Program-made: the position numbers and the translations under genes | Notes under the pieces: generated by a model | Seen by the model: the letters and a program-made list of their open reading frames with translations, nothing else | The model's database searches: none | Told to the model about the DNA's origin: nothing | Shown here: positions 25,018 through 39,292 of the stretch, piece by piece | Numbering within the stretch: the stretch's first letter is position 1 | Layout: every line of letters starts with the position of its first letter | DNA from: Phoronis australis | Taxonomy: Eukaryota; Animalia; Phoronida | Assembly: GCA_002633005.1 (NCBI GenBank) | Contig: NMRA01000011.1 | Span: forward strand, 842,855 to 906,854 | Reading direction: 5' to 3' | Length of the DNA stretch: 64,000 nt

Positions 25018-28000
25018 TTAAGCAATCTGCAATGTTGCAATGTTCAAAGCATTGAGAATGAAAGACCTGTCCAGGATTAGCAGATGTTAGGTTGCCAAGG
25101 TTTCTACCAATGTAGTTTGCTCTTGGTGGTCTTATCTCAAATTGTAATTCATGACTTTACATAGGGGCACGAACCTTAGTGTAACTCCAAACTGGTGTTT
25201 CACTCAGAGTCTATTCAAACGATTTTTATCTTTTTTAAAACATCAAAAAAGTGACGTAAATGCTATTATTTTATTACAATATTGTGCCACAAGAACATGC
25301 CTACTTAAAATTTTTGAGTTTGCGCCCCTTTCATGCTTTTCAATGAGCGTATTAATGTTTTAACATGGAACAGCAGTGACACCTGTTACCAAAATATAAA
25401 CCACACATCATCTGTGCATTTTTTCTTGTGTTTGTAACTGATGAATCATTGTACAGAATATAAAAGCTACTTAAGATGATACGGCAAACTTCATAACATC
25501 AACTTGACTCGAAATCACCGAAGACATAGTGCACTCATTGTTCAACGAATACCTCCAATATTTGTTTGGTAAGCTACTGGGATGTTTTCATAAATTCAGA
25601 CGTAAAAGCCTTGGTCCATGAAGTTTTTTAGTAAAAAATAGCAAAGCGTAGTCAGCCTATTTGCCAAATTTCATGAAAATCCATCAAGGAACACAGAAGA
25701 TACTGTCAGAGGTAACAAACATAAATATGTGAGTGTATAAAAACCCTCATACAGCGCCATCTAACTTTTGTTTTGGCATGTCTTTTTACTGGTTTAAGGA
25801 GAGTTCGCATCTCTCAAAAGTTTTCCATGATATACACTATCAGAGTTTTCAAAAATTCAATATGATGCAAATTGTGTTATGTTTTTGCGTTCTTTATTCT
25901 TCCTATCTGTCAACTGACGAAAACAACTCCTAAGTTAAACATTATTTTCAACTGCTGAACAGTTCACCTGTACAGCAAAATAAAGGAAATAAGTACCACT
26001 GTGCAACACAATTTTAACCATTTGTCTTGTAAAGCAGAAAAAACATGATTCAGAGTTCCTAACACTGCTGTAAGATTTCCAAACATAGTGCACCACCATA
26101 TTTGAACAAATCTCAGAATTAATTTACGGTACGACAGATTTAGATTCCCACTTTCTAAACGGCCTACTTAGTACTGCATGCCAGCCACACTGTGGATCTG
26201 CACTAGGGTTCTTACAAGTTATATAAAATGTTTCCCCCAAACATGATTCAAACAGGAAATTCCCTACATGCATAGTCTCCAATGCATCTTAATACAATAA
26301 ATATAACACCTCACCTTACACATTTACAAGGTAATAGCAAAATAAAGAATTTTACCCAAAACTGACATGCAACTTACAGACATGCTTCAGTAGTAGCAAG
26401 AACTCTCCGATCGAAGTTTTGCTAAAAACCCAGAATGACACTATCATTATATACAGCAGAAAACAATTAGCACTCTTGAAATCAATACAGACACGGGGGA
26501 AACAAATGACGTGAAGGTAAATGAACCTTTTATTTGCTTCATACAAATGAGATTCTTGTTAACTGACCAGAAAACGCAAGCGAATTTGCTTAGAAATTCA
26601 GCAACCATGATAAACTACATGTAAGACCACGAATCCAGTTATTTGTGCACAAGTGAATTGTTCTCGTTAATACAGGCAACATTGATTTTGAAACTTACGT
26701 CTAATAAGAGTCCATCGTTCACACACTCGTTTCAAATGTCGATAGGTTTCGCATAAAAAAATCTCAGTTAATGACTATGGCACAAAATCAATAAATGACA
26801 TGCCGAAACTAGTAGGGGGCAGCAATCAGTAAAAATAATTGATGGCTGTGAAACATGACACCAAAAACCTATCATGGTCTTCAAAATATTTAGTACCATG
26901 TTGCTGAACTGTACGTTATAACTGCATACTGTCTAAATCAAGGAAGAGCAGGAATCAAACTGCGTATGGAAGTGCATTGTGGGTGTTGATGGATTAGGAT
27001 ATGCAAAAATATGCACTAATATAAGGACGTCCATAGTGGTATTGATGGAATCTGGGATACGCCAAAAGATGTGCAATAAAATAAAGGCCTTTCATGAATT
27101 GGTAGATTTAACCATAGCTGAGGGGGAGGGCGTGGGGACAACCAGTGCGGGTGACTAATCTTTGTCATATGCCCTACTCCAAACAGCCTTATCCACAGTG
27201 GATTTGACAGCAAACCATCAAAGGTTCCACGACAAGCATTGCAGTATTATTTGATAACATTTTATAAATAATATTTCCCATTCTACGACCATACACACTT
27301 CATTTCGTTTGATATGAGAAAAATTTGTACTCGCATAACTTTTTGGAGCACCACCTAGAGATAACTTTGATGACCGATGTAGTTGCTTTTATTAATATAT
27401 GCTTCTACTTGCTATCATGGAGATCAACTAATGTTGCAGTTTGTATCAACACCAATTCAATGGTGGAGCTAAGACATGTATAGAAGGTAATTGACAATGA
27501 TGTGAGGGAAAGATGCCACCTAATTAAACAGCTTAGGAGTTGCATAAGATGATTAACATTATAAAAGACATGAATGACTCACATGGCTTTGTACACTGTG
27601 AACTTCAGTCACAGGTGTACAGTTTACTTCCTACAGGTGCAGGTGTGACATTATCTTAACTTTGATATTAGATCCAAATCAAATAATTTAAATTGGCTAC
27701 AAACCAGCCTCATCTCACAATTTACCATCTTTTGATCTAGACCACCTTTGGTAATGAAATTGGTAGAGAAGTGTTCCTAAATCAAAATAGATGCGACTTT
27801 GAAATAATTGACTGCACGGGACACTGAGGCTCTAAAAGCTGAAATGTCCCAGTATGTCACTTTCTCTTCAAGCATCATCTCGAACAATAATGAACTGTCA
27901 GTTTTTGCAAGACCAAAAATTGCTTTTATCAGGGATCTGAGTAATGTACAAGTTGAGAAAATTTTCATAGTGGTAAGTGGTATAAATCAAAATTAATTTC

Positions 28001-31000
28001 TTCAACAGGATGCGGGTTTATAGCCCCTGTAAGTTCTTTTACCCATGAGCCCCTAAACGTTACACCTCAATAAAAAGGTCGCCATATACCCCATCTTGAA
28101 ACAGAAGTGGTTGAAACTTCGCAACCAGGTACTAGCACGTGTGGTATTCTACACATGTGCTTATTTTAAGCACGGTGTGATGGAAATGCTAGTTTTGGAA
28201 GCATACAAGTGTAATTTTAACAAAATGGCTACCACGGATGCCATCTTAAATCCACTCATATCAAAAAGCAATAGGCTTCGCGCGGTTCACAAGATAGGTG
28301 TTGTGTAAAGTACACGTCAATTAGACAAACAATGTGACCTGTAGCATGCTAACAAGGGAACAAAATGAAAGCATTCTGAGGAAAGACATTTGGCGAAACT
28401 GAATGAGGATTACTACAGGTTGGTGCCGAGACCAACGAAAACAAAGACACCGCTGATGATGCAGGCATTGACAACAATAACGACAATGCCACCAGCAATT
28501 AATGATGCTGATGGTGGACGGGACTAGAAAAAGACAAGTCTGCTCCGCCAATGGCAACGAGGTCATTGACAGTGTCAATGACGCCGCTTGCACCTACAAT
28601 GACAATGACGTTGATGTCACTGCCATCAACGACAACAGTGCTTGAACACTAGTAGGCTGTCAATAATGTCAAACTTGACCACGGCACTGCTGGTTTTAAC
28701 ACTGAAGTCTATACCAACAATGGTGTTGACCGCGATGTTGGCACACAGAACACTGACGAGACGAGAACACATGCCCCATTCACGTCGCAGACGACACCGT
28801 TCCACAATCAAAATGACAAAAACAATAATGACACTGAAGTCGACAACCAAAATGTTGAAGGCAACATGGTTACCCACCAAATCTCCCCACTCTGAAAAAG
28901 GGATATCACACATGATCACAATGTCAGAACAAAACATTTGTAGGATTTTGGGCCACTTCAGCCAACAGATTTTTTCAGTTTTCGAGAAAAAAATAAAATA
29001 TTTAGATTATACACATGTTATTACTCACATAATTTCCTGAACAAGCCAGAAGCCACGAACATGGCTATAAAAAGGGGTTAAATATTGGCCTTTACATTTT
29101 ATGCAACCAATAACAAAGTATCTCTGCTGATCCAAACAAAAGCAAGGTTAAATCATTCAATCTTTTCAACACATGTTCTAATATCACCTGTTCAGTTCTC
29201 AGCATAGCAACATGTTTTATTACAAACCACAGAATGTCAATATTTTACAGACGGCAATTTTGTTATAATCTGATGTGAAGCCACTACAGTGGTTAACATG
29301 CAATGTCCACGTCCTCATTCCTCAAAGAATGTATAAATAAAAACCTAGAAAAAAATGTAAAAATTTCTGATGTTTACACAAACTAATTCCAAAGAACATC
29401 AATACCGAATAACGTCATAACCTTTTGTAGAAAAGACTTGATATTTTCTAGCTCAATCTAGCACCAGGCAACAAGCCCTACATTTACCTGGTGAACAATA
29501 TACTCTATATATAATTTGTGACTTCTGTTTGGTTCCAACTAATGATCGAATTGTTATATTAATACAAGCACTAACTGGCACACAATGTGCACTTGTCAAC
29601 ACTGATCAACACAATGTACAGTTGTCAACACTGATCAAGTCAAAAAGTGCAGTTCTAAAGTCTCGTCAATTTAGGACACAACGGAAATTTTATTTTCTCA
29701 TTTCTTTCCATAAATGATATGACTGTATAAGTGCAGTGCACCCGATTAATTCTTTACCATTTTCAGGCTATGCACCATAGCTACCATCAGACAATATGAG
29801 TAAAATTATTTGTTTCATTATAAGATCTTAGATAATGAAAAAAGACAATTTTGGTAATTCATGTCCAAAAAAATGGGCAAGGTTTTACCAACAGCTGTCA
29901 AACGCAATTTAAAATCAATGCGTCAAATTACAAAATTTGAATTTTTTCTATAAACTGTGAAGCATATGTTCTGTGAACTTCTGTCCCTGATGTCAGAGAA
30001 CATCCAGCGTTCTTAGTTGCATGCCTATATAAACATCACTGAGAATGAATACAGGACAAGCTGTTCAGGCTAAAATTCTTCAACCTGAAACCACGAAATA
30101 AAATTATACATGATCTACACTGTAATTAATTCTTTCTCTATGTACACAATAGCATATAAGTGACTTGCTGCATCATGTCCACATGACATCTGCTCCAACA
30201 CGCCATATGCAGGCTCTTTGTCTCAAAATCACGAGCAGGACATCAATGGTTATGGCATATGAAGAAGAGTCACATGATTAAAATTACTGTTTCCACACTA
30301 AAATAAAGAAAATTGAATGTCATTCAGAAATTTTACAATGTTGAACATTGAGAAAAGAAGCCTGAGGGACACTATTCTTATTAATATGTAAAGCAGGTTA
30401 ATCCCTGACACTGCAATATTTCTTGTGTATGGCTTGACATACGGCCTTAGGGAGACTGTCATTGTGCACACATCATTTACCTCAGCAACAGAAGCAGTAG
30501 TCCAAGTCAGAAATATCATGATTTACAATTAAAATAAAACTTAAGACGGTTAAATTGTTAAAAAAAATCAGGGTTGTGTTTAAAACAGAATTGTTCCCAC
30601 ATGATAAATATTGTTGAGCTCCACATAAGGGCATAGACTTGCTGATTTTGACTTAGTTAGCAAACTAATCCAGTTATCAACTACACAATTTTATTATAAA
30701 TGTGACGCAAACCTTCAACCAAAACCAACAAAAAATGTGTAAACAATCATGCTGTTCATGCATTTACATTAGTGTTCAGCTGATCAGGTGAATATTAAAG
30801 CAATTATTGATTTAAAAGAATTTTAAAAATAAGTTAAAATAGAAGTAAACAAATGTTATAAAGATCTTCTTATACATAAACTGAAATGACACAGTTTTGT
30901 ACACTGTCACCAGTTCTACATTACACAACTCAAGCTGATCAAAAACACTTAGTATTTTATTCAATATTATTTGCTACCAATTTTTCAGTTTTTGGTTTTT

Positions 31001-31268
31001 TGCATTTGAATTCCTCGATTCCAGGACTGGGTTGCATAAGACTTCCAAACATAACACGAATAACTTTCAATTTCATTATGGCGTCAGAGAGGACATGGCT
31101 AACGATTGCGATAAATTTTAACAAAAAGACATGGTCGTGTGACCCAATTAGTAACAGATTAGTAAAAAGCCAAAACCGGAAGTCCACCTGATTTCTATTT
31201 TCAGAAAATATGTAGTTTTACTGAATCAAAATCAATGCTTTTATAGAGACTTGGCTAAATACACACAC

Positions 31269-31356
31269 CTGTAAATAAGGTGAGCTACATGAGCTTAGCA
31301 GGGAAGGCTGAGCCGTGCAGGCACAGATCCAGATCATCCAGCGCGCCAGCTGTTAC
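31269..31356 (-). other. Candidate 5'-UTR exon of Vac8-like gene
   Basis: GC-richer 88 nt bounded by ttgtgttgtgtctag| and cag|gtgtgt; no transcript evidence. Confidence 0.3.
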
Positions 31357-32485
31357 CTAGACACAACACAAGAAACATCACGCAACCAACAAATGAGGTT
31401 GACAAAGCCCCCATAAGGTGGCATCTTTGTTATGAAACATGCCTGTGTTGAGCAAGGCTTGCATAAGTTATACAGGATCTGCAAAGTCTGGTCTTAGCAG
31501 TCAATTTTAATGTAACCCACATGATTTGAATGCACTTTTCAGTACAAGAAAAGTTGACCCAGAAAGCCACTTGCACACAATGACATTGTGGTGAAGCACT
31601 CTATCCTGAAGTGCACACCACCACAAAGCAAGCTGTCCACACACTCAAAGGTTTTCATTTGTGCAACTTCCATTTTCGCAAGAAGACAGCTTGTGTTCCG
31701 ACATCGACTTGATGTGAAACACTTTTGATTGTCTCACACCTTATCAATAAAAAACTTTAGTGTCAACTATTTCCTTTCAGATTAGCAGAGCTGTGGTTAT
31801 GTAGACAGCAGTGAGAAAGCAGCTTGACAGAAGTGGTTTTGGTATCGTTTCACTAACTGATCAATTATTTCCATGGTTCTTGTGCTCTGAGAACCTGTCA
31901 CTAAATGGATAGTGAATGTCTACAATTTAGTAAAATCTGGTTTATTTTCCCAGAACTAAAAATTGACCACTATCTAGGAAGTGACACTTTTCAGCATGCA
32001 TTACTTTCCCAAACTAGTGCCCATGTGAAATATAGTTAACCTTACTCTCCTAGGTTTTTCAACTTGATGTGACAAAAACATCCTTGCTAGACCACTTCTG
32101 CTTTTTTACAAAGAGTGATTGTCATACTAGGTGTAAATTTATGTTCAGTCCTAAATACCTGGCTACTCAGTCCTGCTGGAAACCTACATAACTCTCAATG
32201 GACAGATTACTTCGCCATTCACTTTGACAGCATTAGACCCAAACAGGCAGTTCCATCTACAGTACGTGATAAACACACTACAAAAACACTTTGGAGTAAA
32301 GACAAATGGTAAGAATCTGCAATATCTGAACCCATGTAACTGTTCCAACGTGGACCAAGGATGTCCCTTTACAAACAAAACATGCTAAAGCAATGTGATT
32401 ATGATGGTTTAGACCAAAGATAGGCTGGATTTACAGAAAAGCTATCCGTGAACAAGGGTTATTGGAACTAGTAACACCATTTCAA

Positions 32486-33007
32486 CTACAAGGGGAATCA
32501 ACCATTGATCGGACTTCAATACCACTAGCCCAGATTTAAAAACTAGTCGGCTAGACTGCAAAACCAAATGGTCGGTGATTAAACATGTTGTCAGGACTTC
32601 AAAATGCGAAGGCCTCACCCAAAAAATTACTTGGATGGATCCAAAATATGATGGCTGGAACCAGTTGGCCAGAGAACAAACACAATGGCCGGACTTCCTC
32701 AAAGACTCGCTTGCAATGTTTTGAAGGATTCAAGCGACATCTAACATTTATTTTTTGTACCGGTTTGTTTGTTTAGCTCAAAATCGGCAATTTCCTCGGC
32801 CATTGTGTTTGAGCACCGACCAACTCATTTTGGGTCCGACGAACCAGTTTTTTTGGGTGCGGCCATCTAGTTTTGAGGTACTAGACAACCCGTTTTGAGG
32901 TCCAACCACCAAGTTGGAACACCGGCCATTGGGTTTTGGAGTCCAGCCAGCTGGTCCAGGCAAGTGGTTTTGAAGTGCAACCAATTGCTGACTCCCTCCT
33001 TGCACTC
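32486..33007. mobile_element. Foldback-like MITE with inverted arrays of short subrepeats
   Basis: Imperfect TIR (..caagg..gaatcaaccattg..gacttcaataccact) and caaaac..atgg.cgg subrepeats that switch orientation mid-element. Confidence 0.6.
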
Positions 33008-34259
33008 GGTGATAGCTTAAGACAGCAAGCTGACTGTAATTTGTCTGAGAGTTATCTCACAATAACATGCATGTTACCTTAGCAATATGCGTCAAGACTC
33101 GGGGCATACAACAGGAAACAAATTTTTCAAGAACTGAAATTGTGTTAAGTTGATTACGAAGAGTGAAAGATAAAAAGTTGGACAAAGAGCAACCAGGATT
33201 ATAATGGAAATCTTATAGATTTTCCCAGTTTATTACTGCCCCGGTGGTTGTTATGGAGAAAATATTTAATGCGCATTTAGAAGATTCATTATCTGAAATT
33301 ACTCGCTGGCTTTTAGACAGAAAGGTTAATTTGATAACCCTAGGTTGCCATGGGGTAATGGTTTGATTTTGGGCTAAGGACCAATTTTTCAAAAGTAGAT
33401 ATTTTGAGAGATTACGAATCATTAGTGATTAGGAAAAGGCAAACAACTATCTGCCAAAATGGAGCAGTAGTCAATTTCAAAAGAGTGATGTGCTATATTC
33501 TCACCATTTTGATTTGGTACAGTGAAACTTTCAGGAGACAGTGACAAGTCCAGCTTTGATAGGGCAAAATTTGCTCAAATTTTTTTATTCGCTAACTAGT
33601 GATAAAACAGTTATTAATGAAATGCAACCCTGTCTGGTAATTTGATGTCAGCTGTTCGCAAACTGAAAAACGGACAGTGGAATGAAGACGTACGATTGCT
33701 CTACAAATTTAAAACTTGTATTATTTCAATATTTAGTTTTTACAATATTTCACAAACATGTAGCAAAGTACCTTATCTTCATTCTTGGGGAACTTCAAAT
33801 ACCAATTATATACCATGTAACGAGAAAAAAAGATTTAGCTGAATAACCTTCAACCATGTGGAAATTTATTTACTACGTAACCAAAGTCAAAGGATAAAGG
33901 GCTGTCACTCAAATCGAATCTCCTGTCAGGCATAGCGCAGTTCCAGATATAACCAGACCTTTCATTCACTCGGGCACCATAATACAGAGTAAACATGGTG
34001 GTACACAGCAAAGAAAGATGCCATGGGAAACGACTCCAAAAGAATTCTAACTGCACTATTTTGGTAACTTCCTCAAAATGGCACGCGGTGAAGCTCAAGG
34101 GAATTACAACAAATTTTCATGGATACATTCAAACTATGTTGACTAAACTGTGTCCGCAGTCATGGAATGTCCTATTTATAACTTAATATGTATATATGCA
34201 TGTTTCATTCCATTTTATTTGCCGTGTTTTGTGATGACTAATTTTTTATTATGATGGTG

Positions 34260-34370
34260 TACTATTGGCAGTTGAGACGGTGGTACTGTCTACTGGGGCT
34301 AGTAGAGACGGTGGTAATGTCTACTGGGGCCAGTTGAGACAGTGGTACTTCCTTCTGGGGTCAGTTGAGT
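34260..34370. repeat. Minisatellite ~30 bp x3-4 (ctactggggccagttgagacggtggtactgt)
   Basis: Direct reading. Confidence 0.8.
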
Positions 34371-34755
34371 ACTGCTTAATAGCTACGTAGCTGGCTACTG
34401 ATGCACCCTAATCAGGCTGGGTATAATATTTTCCATGAATTAAAAATTCAGTGTCCGATGCCGATGGTAGCCAGACAGCTATATTTAGCTGAATGAAGAT
34501 CAAACGACGGTAAGCTCAATAGAAACCAAAGGCACTGATAAGCAACCACTCGCATTACACTATAATAAATATAGTACATAACGGCAGGCGGCAGGTGAGA
34601 GTGCCTGTGACAGAAACAAAGCATCCTTAGCTTAGGGAGCTGAGGCCGTCAGTTCGAGACCTGAGACGATCGAGAATCGTGAGACTTCCACTTCTCTAAT
34701 GATTATGACACATGTATAGAGCAACAGTTCTTGATAAATAAGGCATTTTACTTAC

Positions 34756-34767
34756 AAAGCGCTGCAT
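34756..34767 (-). CDS. Candidate first-exon coding stub of Vac8-like gene (MQRF)
   Basis: ATGCAGCGCTTT|gtaagt next to the divergent promoter; phase 0 joins in frame to SFEMEAANR at acceptor 19604. Confidence 0.4.
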
Positions 34768-35100
34768 GTCGTCAAGTTGTGTTTAAGCGCAAACACAGTT
34801 GCACGGTTTTCTTTGGAAACCCCGGCACTCGGCACAAACAAAGCTTCACACTGCCGCTAAAAATAAACCCATTGTTGTGGCTTCTTGTACGTGACACACT
34901 TTAACAAACCAATCAAATTATATCTAATAAACCTATTGAAACGGAAACCACGTGTCAGTTGAGACACTTTTATTAAACCATATCTGATTGGTTCCTCAAA
35001 GTGTCATGGCTGCCAAACTTGCTTGAAAGTTTTACTCGAGCTTGTAACTTGGTATATTTTGAAGTTCGTGTTCTTAGATTAAGTTAAGCAATCGTTTAAT
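34768..35100. promoter_or_regulatory. Probable bidirectional promoter
   Basis: About 330 bp between divergent ATGs; opposed CCAAT boxes (aaccaatca ~34908, tgattggtt ~34986) and CACGTG E-box ~34949; locally CpG-richer. Confidence 0.55.
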
Positions 35101-35132
35101 ATGCCACGAAGTAGGAGTCCAGATAGGAAGAG
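35101..35132 (+). CDS. BCLAF1/THRAP3-like exon 1 (MPRSRSPDRKR)
   Basis: ATG, RS-rich, AG|gtaatt phase 2. Confidence 0.85.
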
Positions 35133-35526
35133 GTAATTCTCAGATTGGTTTATGGATCACGTCGTAGTTGAGTTGCTAAACTTCGTCCGAAGTCGGCGAT
35201 CCCTCGCCTTCTTCGCTGGCCACCCGGCAGAGCGGCAGCGCGCCACCGACTTCTTCCATTCCATTCCATCCAATCGAGTCTTTCACATTCCACCACTGTA
35301 TTTTCACGGGAGTTCATATTAATCTTTGTTTTACCTACCTCTCGTACTCCAGGTAATTCTGCATTTTGGGCGTCTTGATTATCTGGACTTCCATTGTCAT
35401 AAATGTTGTGAATCTGCAGTTTGTAGTGAAAGGCCTCTCCTAGTTACTTGTCTATTGGCAATTGCTCTTTGTTCGACTGGTTAGGATGCCTGAAATTGAC
35501 AAGGTGATTTTTCACTACATTGGCAC

Positions 35527-36397
35527 ATAGCCGAGATTTCCCGACCTGGGAATCGAACCAGCGACCCCCATAAAACCTCTGAGCGTGCTAACCATTCAGC
35601 TAACAGGCAATTGTCCGTAAGTGAGTGGCTAACAGAGGCTCACCAGAAGCACATCTACAACATTACCCATCTTTCCTATGAAACAGGCGCGCTACCAGGA
35701 ACATGAACACCAAGCAGGTTGTCTCACATACAGCTCATCAAATTTGTAGTAAAATATCTGCCAACTATGCCAATGTTGTAAAATCTCAAGGTGTCTTACC
35801 TTACATTCTGGTCATCCGTGGTCTGAGCTCAATACGTCTGGTTGATGTGCGGTCTCGTTATCGAATACTACCCTACATCCCAGCGCGTGTATTGGCCGCA
35901 GGGCTGTTGAATATTCATGTTGCGCCCTCATTGGCCATCACCTGCATATGGGCCTGGGTCAGCCAATGTCGTCAGCCTCCAAGACGAACAACAGCCGTCT
36001 CTCGATGCCAACTGAGATAGAAGGCCAGCCCAGCAGTGAGGCAGGTCAAATAACGTTTCACTACAACTTCCCTTGGTACCTTTACCACCACAACACACAA
36101 GGTAAACACACAAGGTTGCCTCTCATACAGGTCCATGACTCCTGGAATTTTTACCATAACCATAATCATGCACGCTGTCCGAGGTCTGCGGGAACTAGTT
36201 GGCAGTGCTTCATTGATAGATCTTCCGTTTGCCAATTACGCTATATGTAGTAATGGCCAAGATTACCAGAACCTGGAATCGAACTAGAAACCCACATAAA
36301 ATCGGCGAGTGTGCTAAGCATTCAGCGAATAGACAATTGCCCATTAGCGGGTGGCTAACAGAGGCTCTTAAGATTCACTGGAAGCACATCTACAACA
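35527..36397 (-). mobile_element. Inner antisense TRIM with tRNA-like LTRs (LTRs 36246-36397, 35527-35662)
   Basis: Flanked by GCAC on both sides; LTR has tagctgaatgg A box and ggttcgattcc B box; degenerate tRNA-Ser-type PBS; PPT aggaaagatggg. Confidence 0.8.
35745..36065 (-). mobile_element. Third-level LTR-like insert inside the inner TRIM
   Basis: Absent from the homologous internal region at 62524-62739; TGTAGT...ACTACA ends, aatt/actt flanks, internal tacaaca-tggcatagttggcag (LTR end + PBS). Confidence 0.6.
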
Positions 36398-38152
36398 GCA
36401 CTCAACAACGGTACGTACTCACGATGGCCAATGGGATCACACAGCCTCCTGATAGTGCCATAATGACTAAGAAGGAGGCGGATGTAGAGGGGGACGATCT
36501 GATATTGAGTTCCAGGTGGCGTTGCCCCTAATCATTGGATTGGGAAGAGTGTGGTGAATCTGCAGTGAGTGTAGTAATATAAAGGCCTCTCTTAATCACT
36601 TGCCTACGGGCAATTGTTCTTTGGTCGACTGGTTGAGATGCCTGGCATTGAAGCAAGAGGTACTGGGTTCGAAACTTGGACTAGGTGATTTTTCACTACA
36701 TTAACATCCGACCAAATTATGGCTTTATATTTCCTAGGACTTCAAATGTAGCGAGCATATTTACGCATCGAGGTATAATTAACTAATGACATTACTCTGA
36801 AGACAATTTAGGCAATTACATCGCCTGTGGATGCTACAGGCTACATGTTGCCTAGAGACAATTTTGTGAACACAATTTGAACATATCCATGAAAATCTCC
36901 AGAGGTTCACTCGGGTGCCATTTAGATGAAGTTATGCGACATCACGCCAAGTCACATACAAAAACTCCAAGGAACACGAGTCTTACAAATTCTTTTGGAT
37001 TTCTTCTCGTTCTACTTTTTGCTAGTGTCTGTCATCAGTTCACGTGCTCCGCACCTGTTGTGACCTAACTGGCACGACGTCAATTGAAAACCTTTATGGT
37101 TATCCTGTGTGGTGAAAAAGTTGCCGGCAATCAAAAAAGTGGAGTATATCATTCTCCAAAGTCGTTTTAATATATGTGTATAGAGCTTGAAAGGATAGCT
37201 GAAGAAAGTAGGCACTTTTAAGCGATAATTTTAAGTGCAAAACGCATATTTAACGAAATGGAAACCTTTCGGTAACCTGATTTCGGCTAATGCCTGTTTA
37301 ATATACATGGGGTTGAAATTAACACGCCGCTTGCTTACCAGTCGAGAGGTTACATGTTGCCTAGTATTTTCCAAGTCCTTCCAAGAAGTCTTCGTATTCA
37401 AAGCAATACTTTAATGTCTAATATGGAACATCTGTAATTATGTAATAATCACGACCAACTCATACATAGTACACACTTTTGAACCTCAGAAATAGAAGAG
37501 TAACTAAAAATTGCAAGAAGCCGACCCTAACCCTTGCCTTGAAATAAGTAGCATTCCTATCCCTAATGTTAACCTTTAAAGTAGTTTGAAGAATTTTGTA
37601 TGACACTTTTGAAACAGTTAACATGCATCAAAATGATTTAAATAACCAAGAAGTTTAAAATGCAGTACATTTGACTAACAGATAATTTAGACCCCTAAAT
37701 TAGAGGCCCGCCTCACACTATGTAATGTATGTAACACAAGGAGTTACACTGCTTCCTATCCAGCTGTAAATATATCAGTCGAAGTTTTGGGAGGTTCTCA
37801 GTCTGTCAGTTGCTAACAGCCCTGTGATTTGGTGCTGCCTGACCTTTGATTGGGGTCATTCATCGATCAATAACCACAACCATACTGTCACTGAATAATG
37901 GGTGTATGGTTGTCATGAGCGCACAATTTTGTTATCAACTACATAATTTTTGGCGCTCTTTACTTTGTGATGAATTTCGTCTCGAGATGACCGCAAATAT
38001 AGTTTCAGTGCGAGTTTTCCTTATTTTGCCATTGTTTGCCGACATCTATTCATAGCTGTGTTTTGACGTTTAGTCTTACAGTGGGCAGGGCTGGCGATGC
38101 TATGCATAACTATCATTGGTTGATTCAAGATGTTGTATATGTGTCCTTGTAG

Positions 38153-38323
38153 GTATTCAAGATCTAGGTCATATTCCCCTCGTCGCCACCACTCTGGAGG
38201 TCGACATCGAAGATCAAGGTCACCTGCTGGGAGGTTACGAAGGTCAAGGTCAAGAGGTCGAAAACCACACCACAAGTCACCCTGGAGACCCTCGGACCAC
38301 AGATCAAGATCTAAAAAATCAAG
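38153..38323 (+). CDS. BCLAF1/THRAP3-like exon 2 (RS domain)
   Basis: tag| ... |gtgatg; YSRSRSYSPRRHH...SRSKKSR. Confidence 0.9.
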
Positions 38324-39069
38324 GTGATGAGAGTCTTGTCATAAGCAGGGATATATTTAGCCACTCGCCCAGTCGCCAGTGTGACACATGAATGATGTTA
38401 CTTCTCTTTCAGAGGTATAAAACCAAGCTGGAATTTAGCGTTTAAACATTGAGAAAAATGGGTTCTTTTGAAAAATGAATTTGCTGTTGGGTAGAATGAG
38501 AGTATGTAACCCATTATATAGACTGCATTTGTGCCAATTTCAAACCATGTGGCCGTTTTTTATTTATTATGACAGTAGATGCTTGCAGAATACAATGCCC
38601 CCGGCGACGACTGCAAATATAACCACGTACACTGCAACTCGAAATTGATGGGGTTTCTGCATTTGAAAGCACACTTTATAGTTTTGAAAATCAATTTGGT
38701 AAAGTAAATTACAGATGTGCGCTAGCCTGTGCAGTGGGTACTTCACTGAAAAGTCTCAAAGATTGAGGTTTAATTCTGCCGTCTTTCTGGTGGTTTTTGA
38801 ATTTGGACCACGAGGTCAGTAACAACTAGACTAGACCAAAGATACACCCACTATACAAAGACAGTTACCACAGGACGGCTTGTCTGCTGTGATCTACGAG
38901 AAACGGGTGACTTAACTTTGGGCTGGGCGACTTGATTTTCAGGCTCAGCCGACCAGCTGGTGAGCGGGGTTTTGAAGACTGGGTGTATACCTGATAAGGC
39001 TCCAATTGTTTGATTTGTATTGCAATTTTTATGTGTAGATGGTCATTATTTTATGTTTTGGTATATTAT

Positions 39070-39128
39070 TATTGGTATTTTTATTATAAATATTATTTGT
39101 ATTATTATTATTATTATTATTATTATTA
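39070..39128. repeat. (ATT)n microsatellite
   Basis: Direct reading. Confidence 0.9.
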
Positions 39129-39292
39129 CTTTAATTGTTCTCTACAGTGTTTCGGTTCAGTTACAGAGTTTTTCTATGGCGCAGGCTACAGTAATTTTCA
39201 GTGCTTCATTGCTTCTTTTATGATCGCATTGTTCAAACAACACGTCACTAGAATACACAAACGATAGTGCAATATTATTTTCGTCCGCCCAG

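Larger units (their letters stand above)
35404..36700 (+). mobile_element. Outer TRIM with tRNA-like LTRs (LTRs 35404-35519, 36550-36700)
   Basis: TGT..ACA direct repeats; PBS tggcac|tcaac (tRNA-Lys-type TGGCGCCCAAC) split by insertion; purine run gggaagag before 3' LTR; A/B-box-like tggtcgactgg / ggttcgaaac. Confidence 0.75.

Noticed and set aside
28321-29040. Thr/Met-rich ORFs
   Set aside because: Translation of low-complexity GAC/AAC tract of a repeat.
35527-35662. tRNA gene
   Set aside because: A/B boxes lie within LTR repeats; anticodon arm and acceptor stem do not pair convincingly.
39010-39267. Poly-Tyr/Ile ORFs
   Set aside because: (ATT)n microsatellite.
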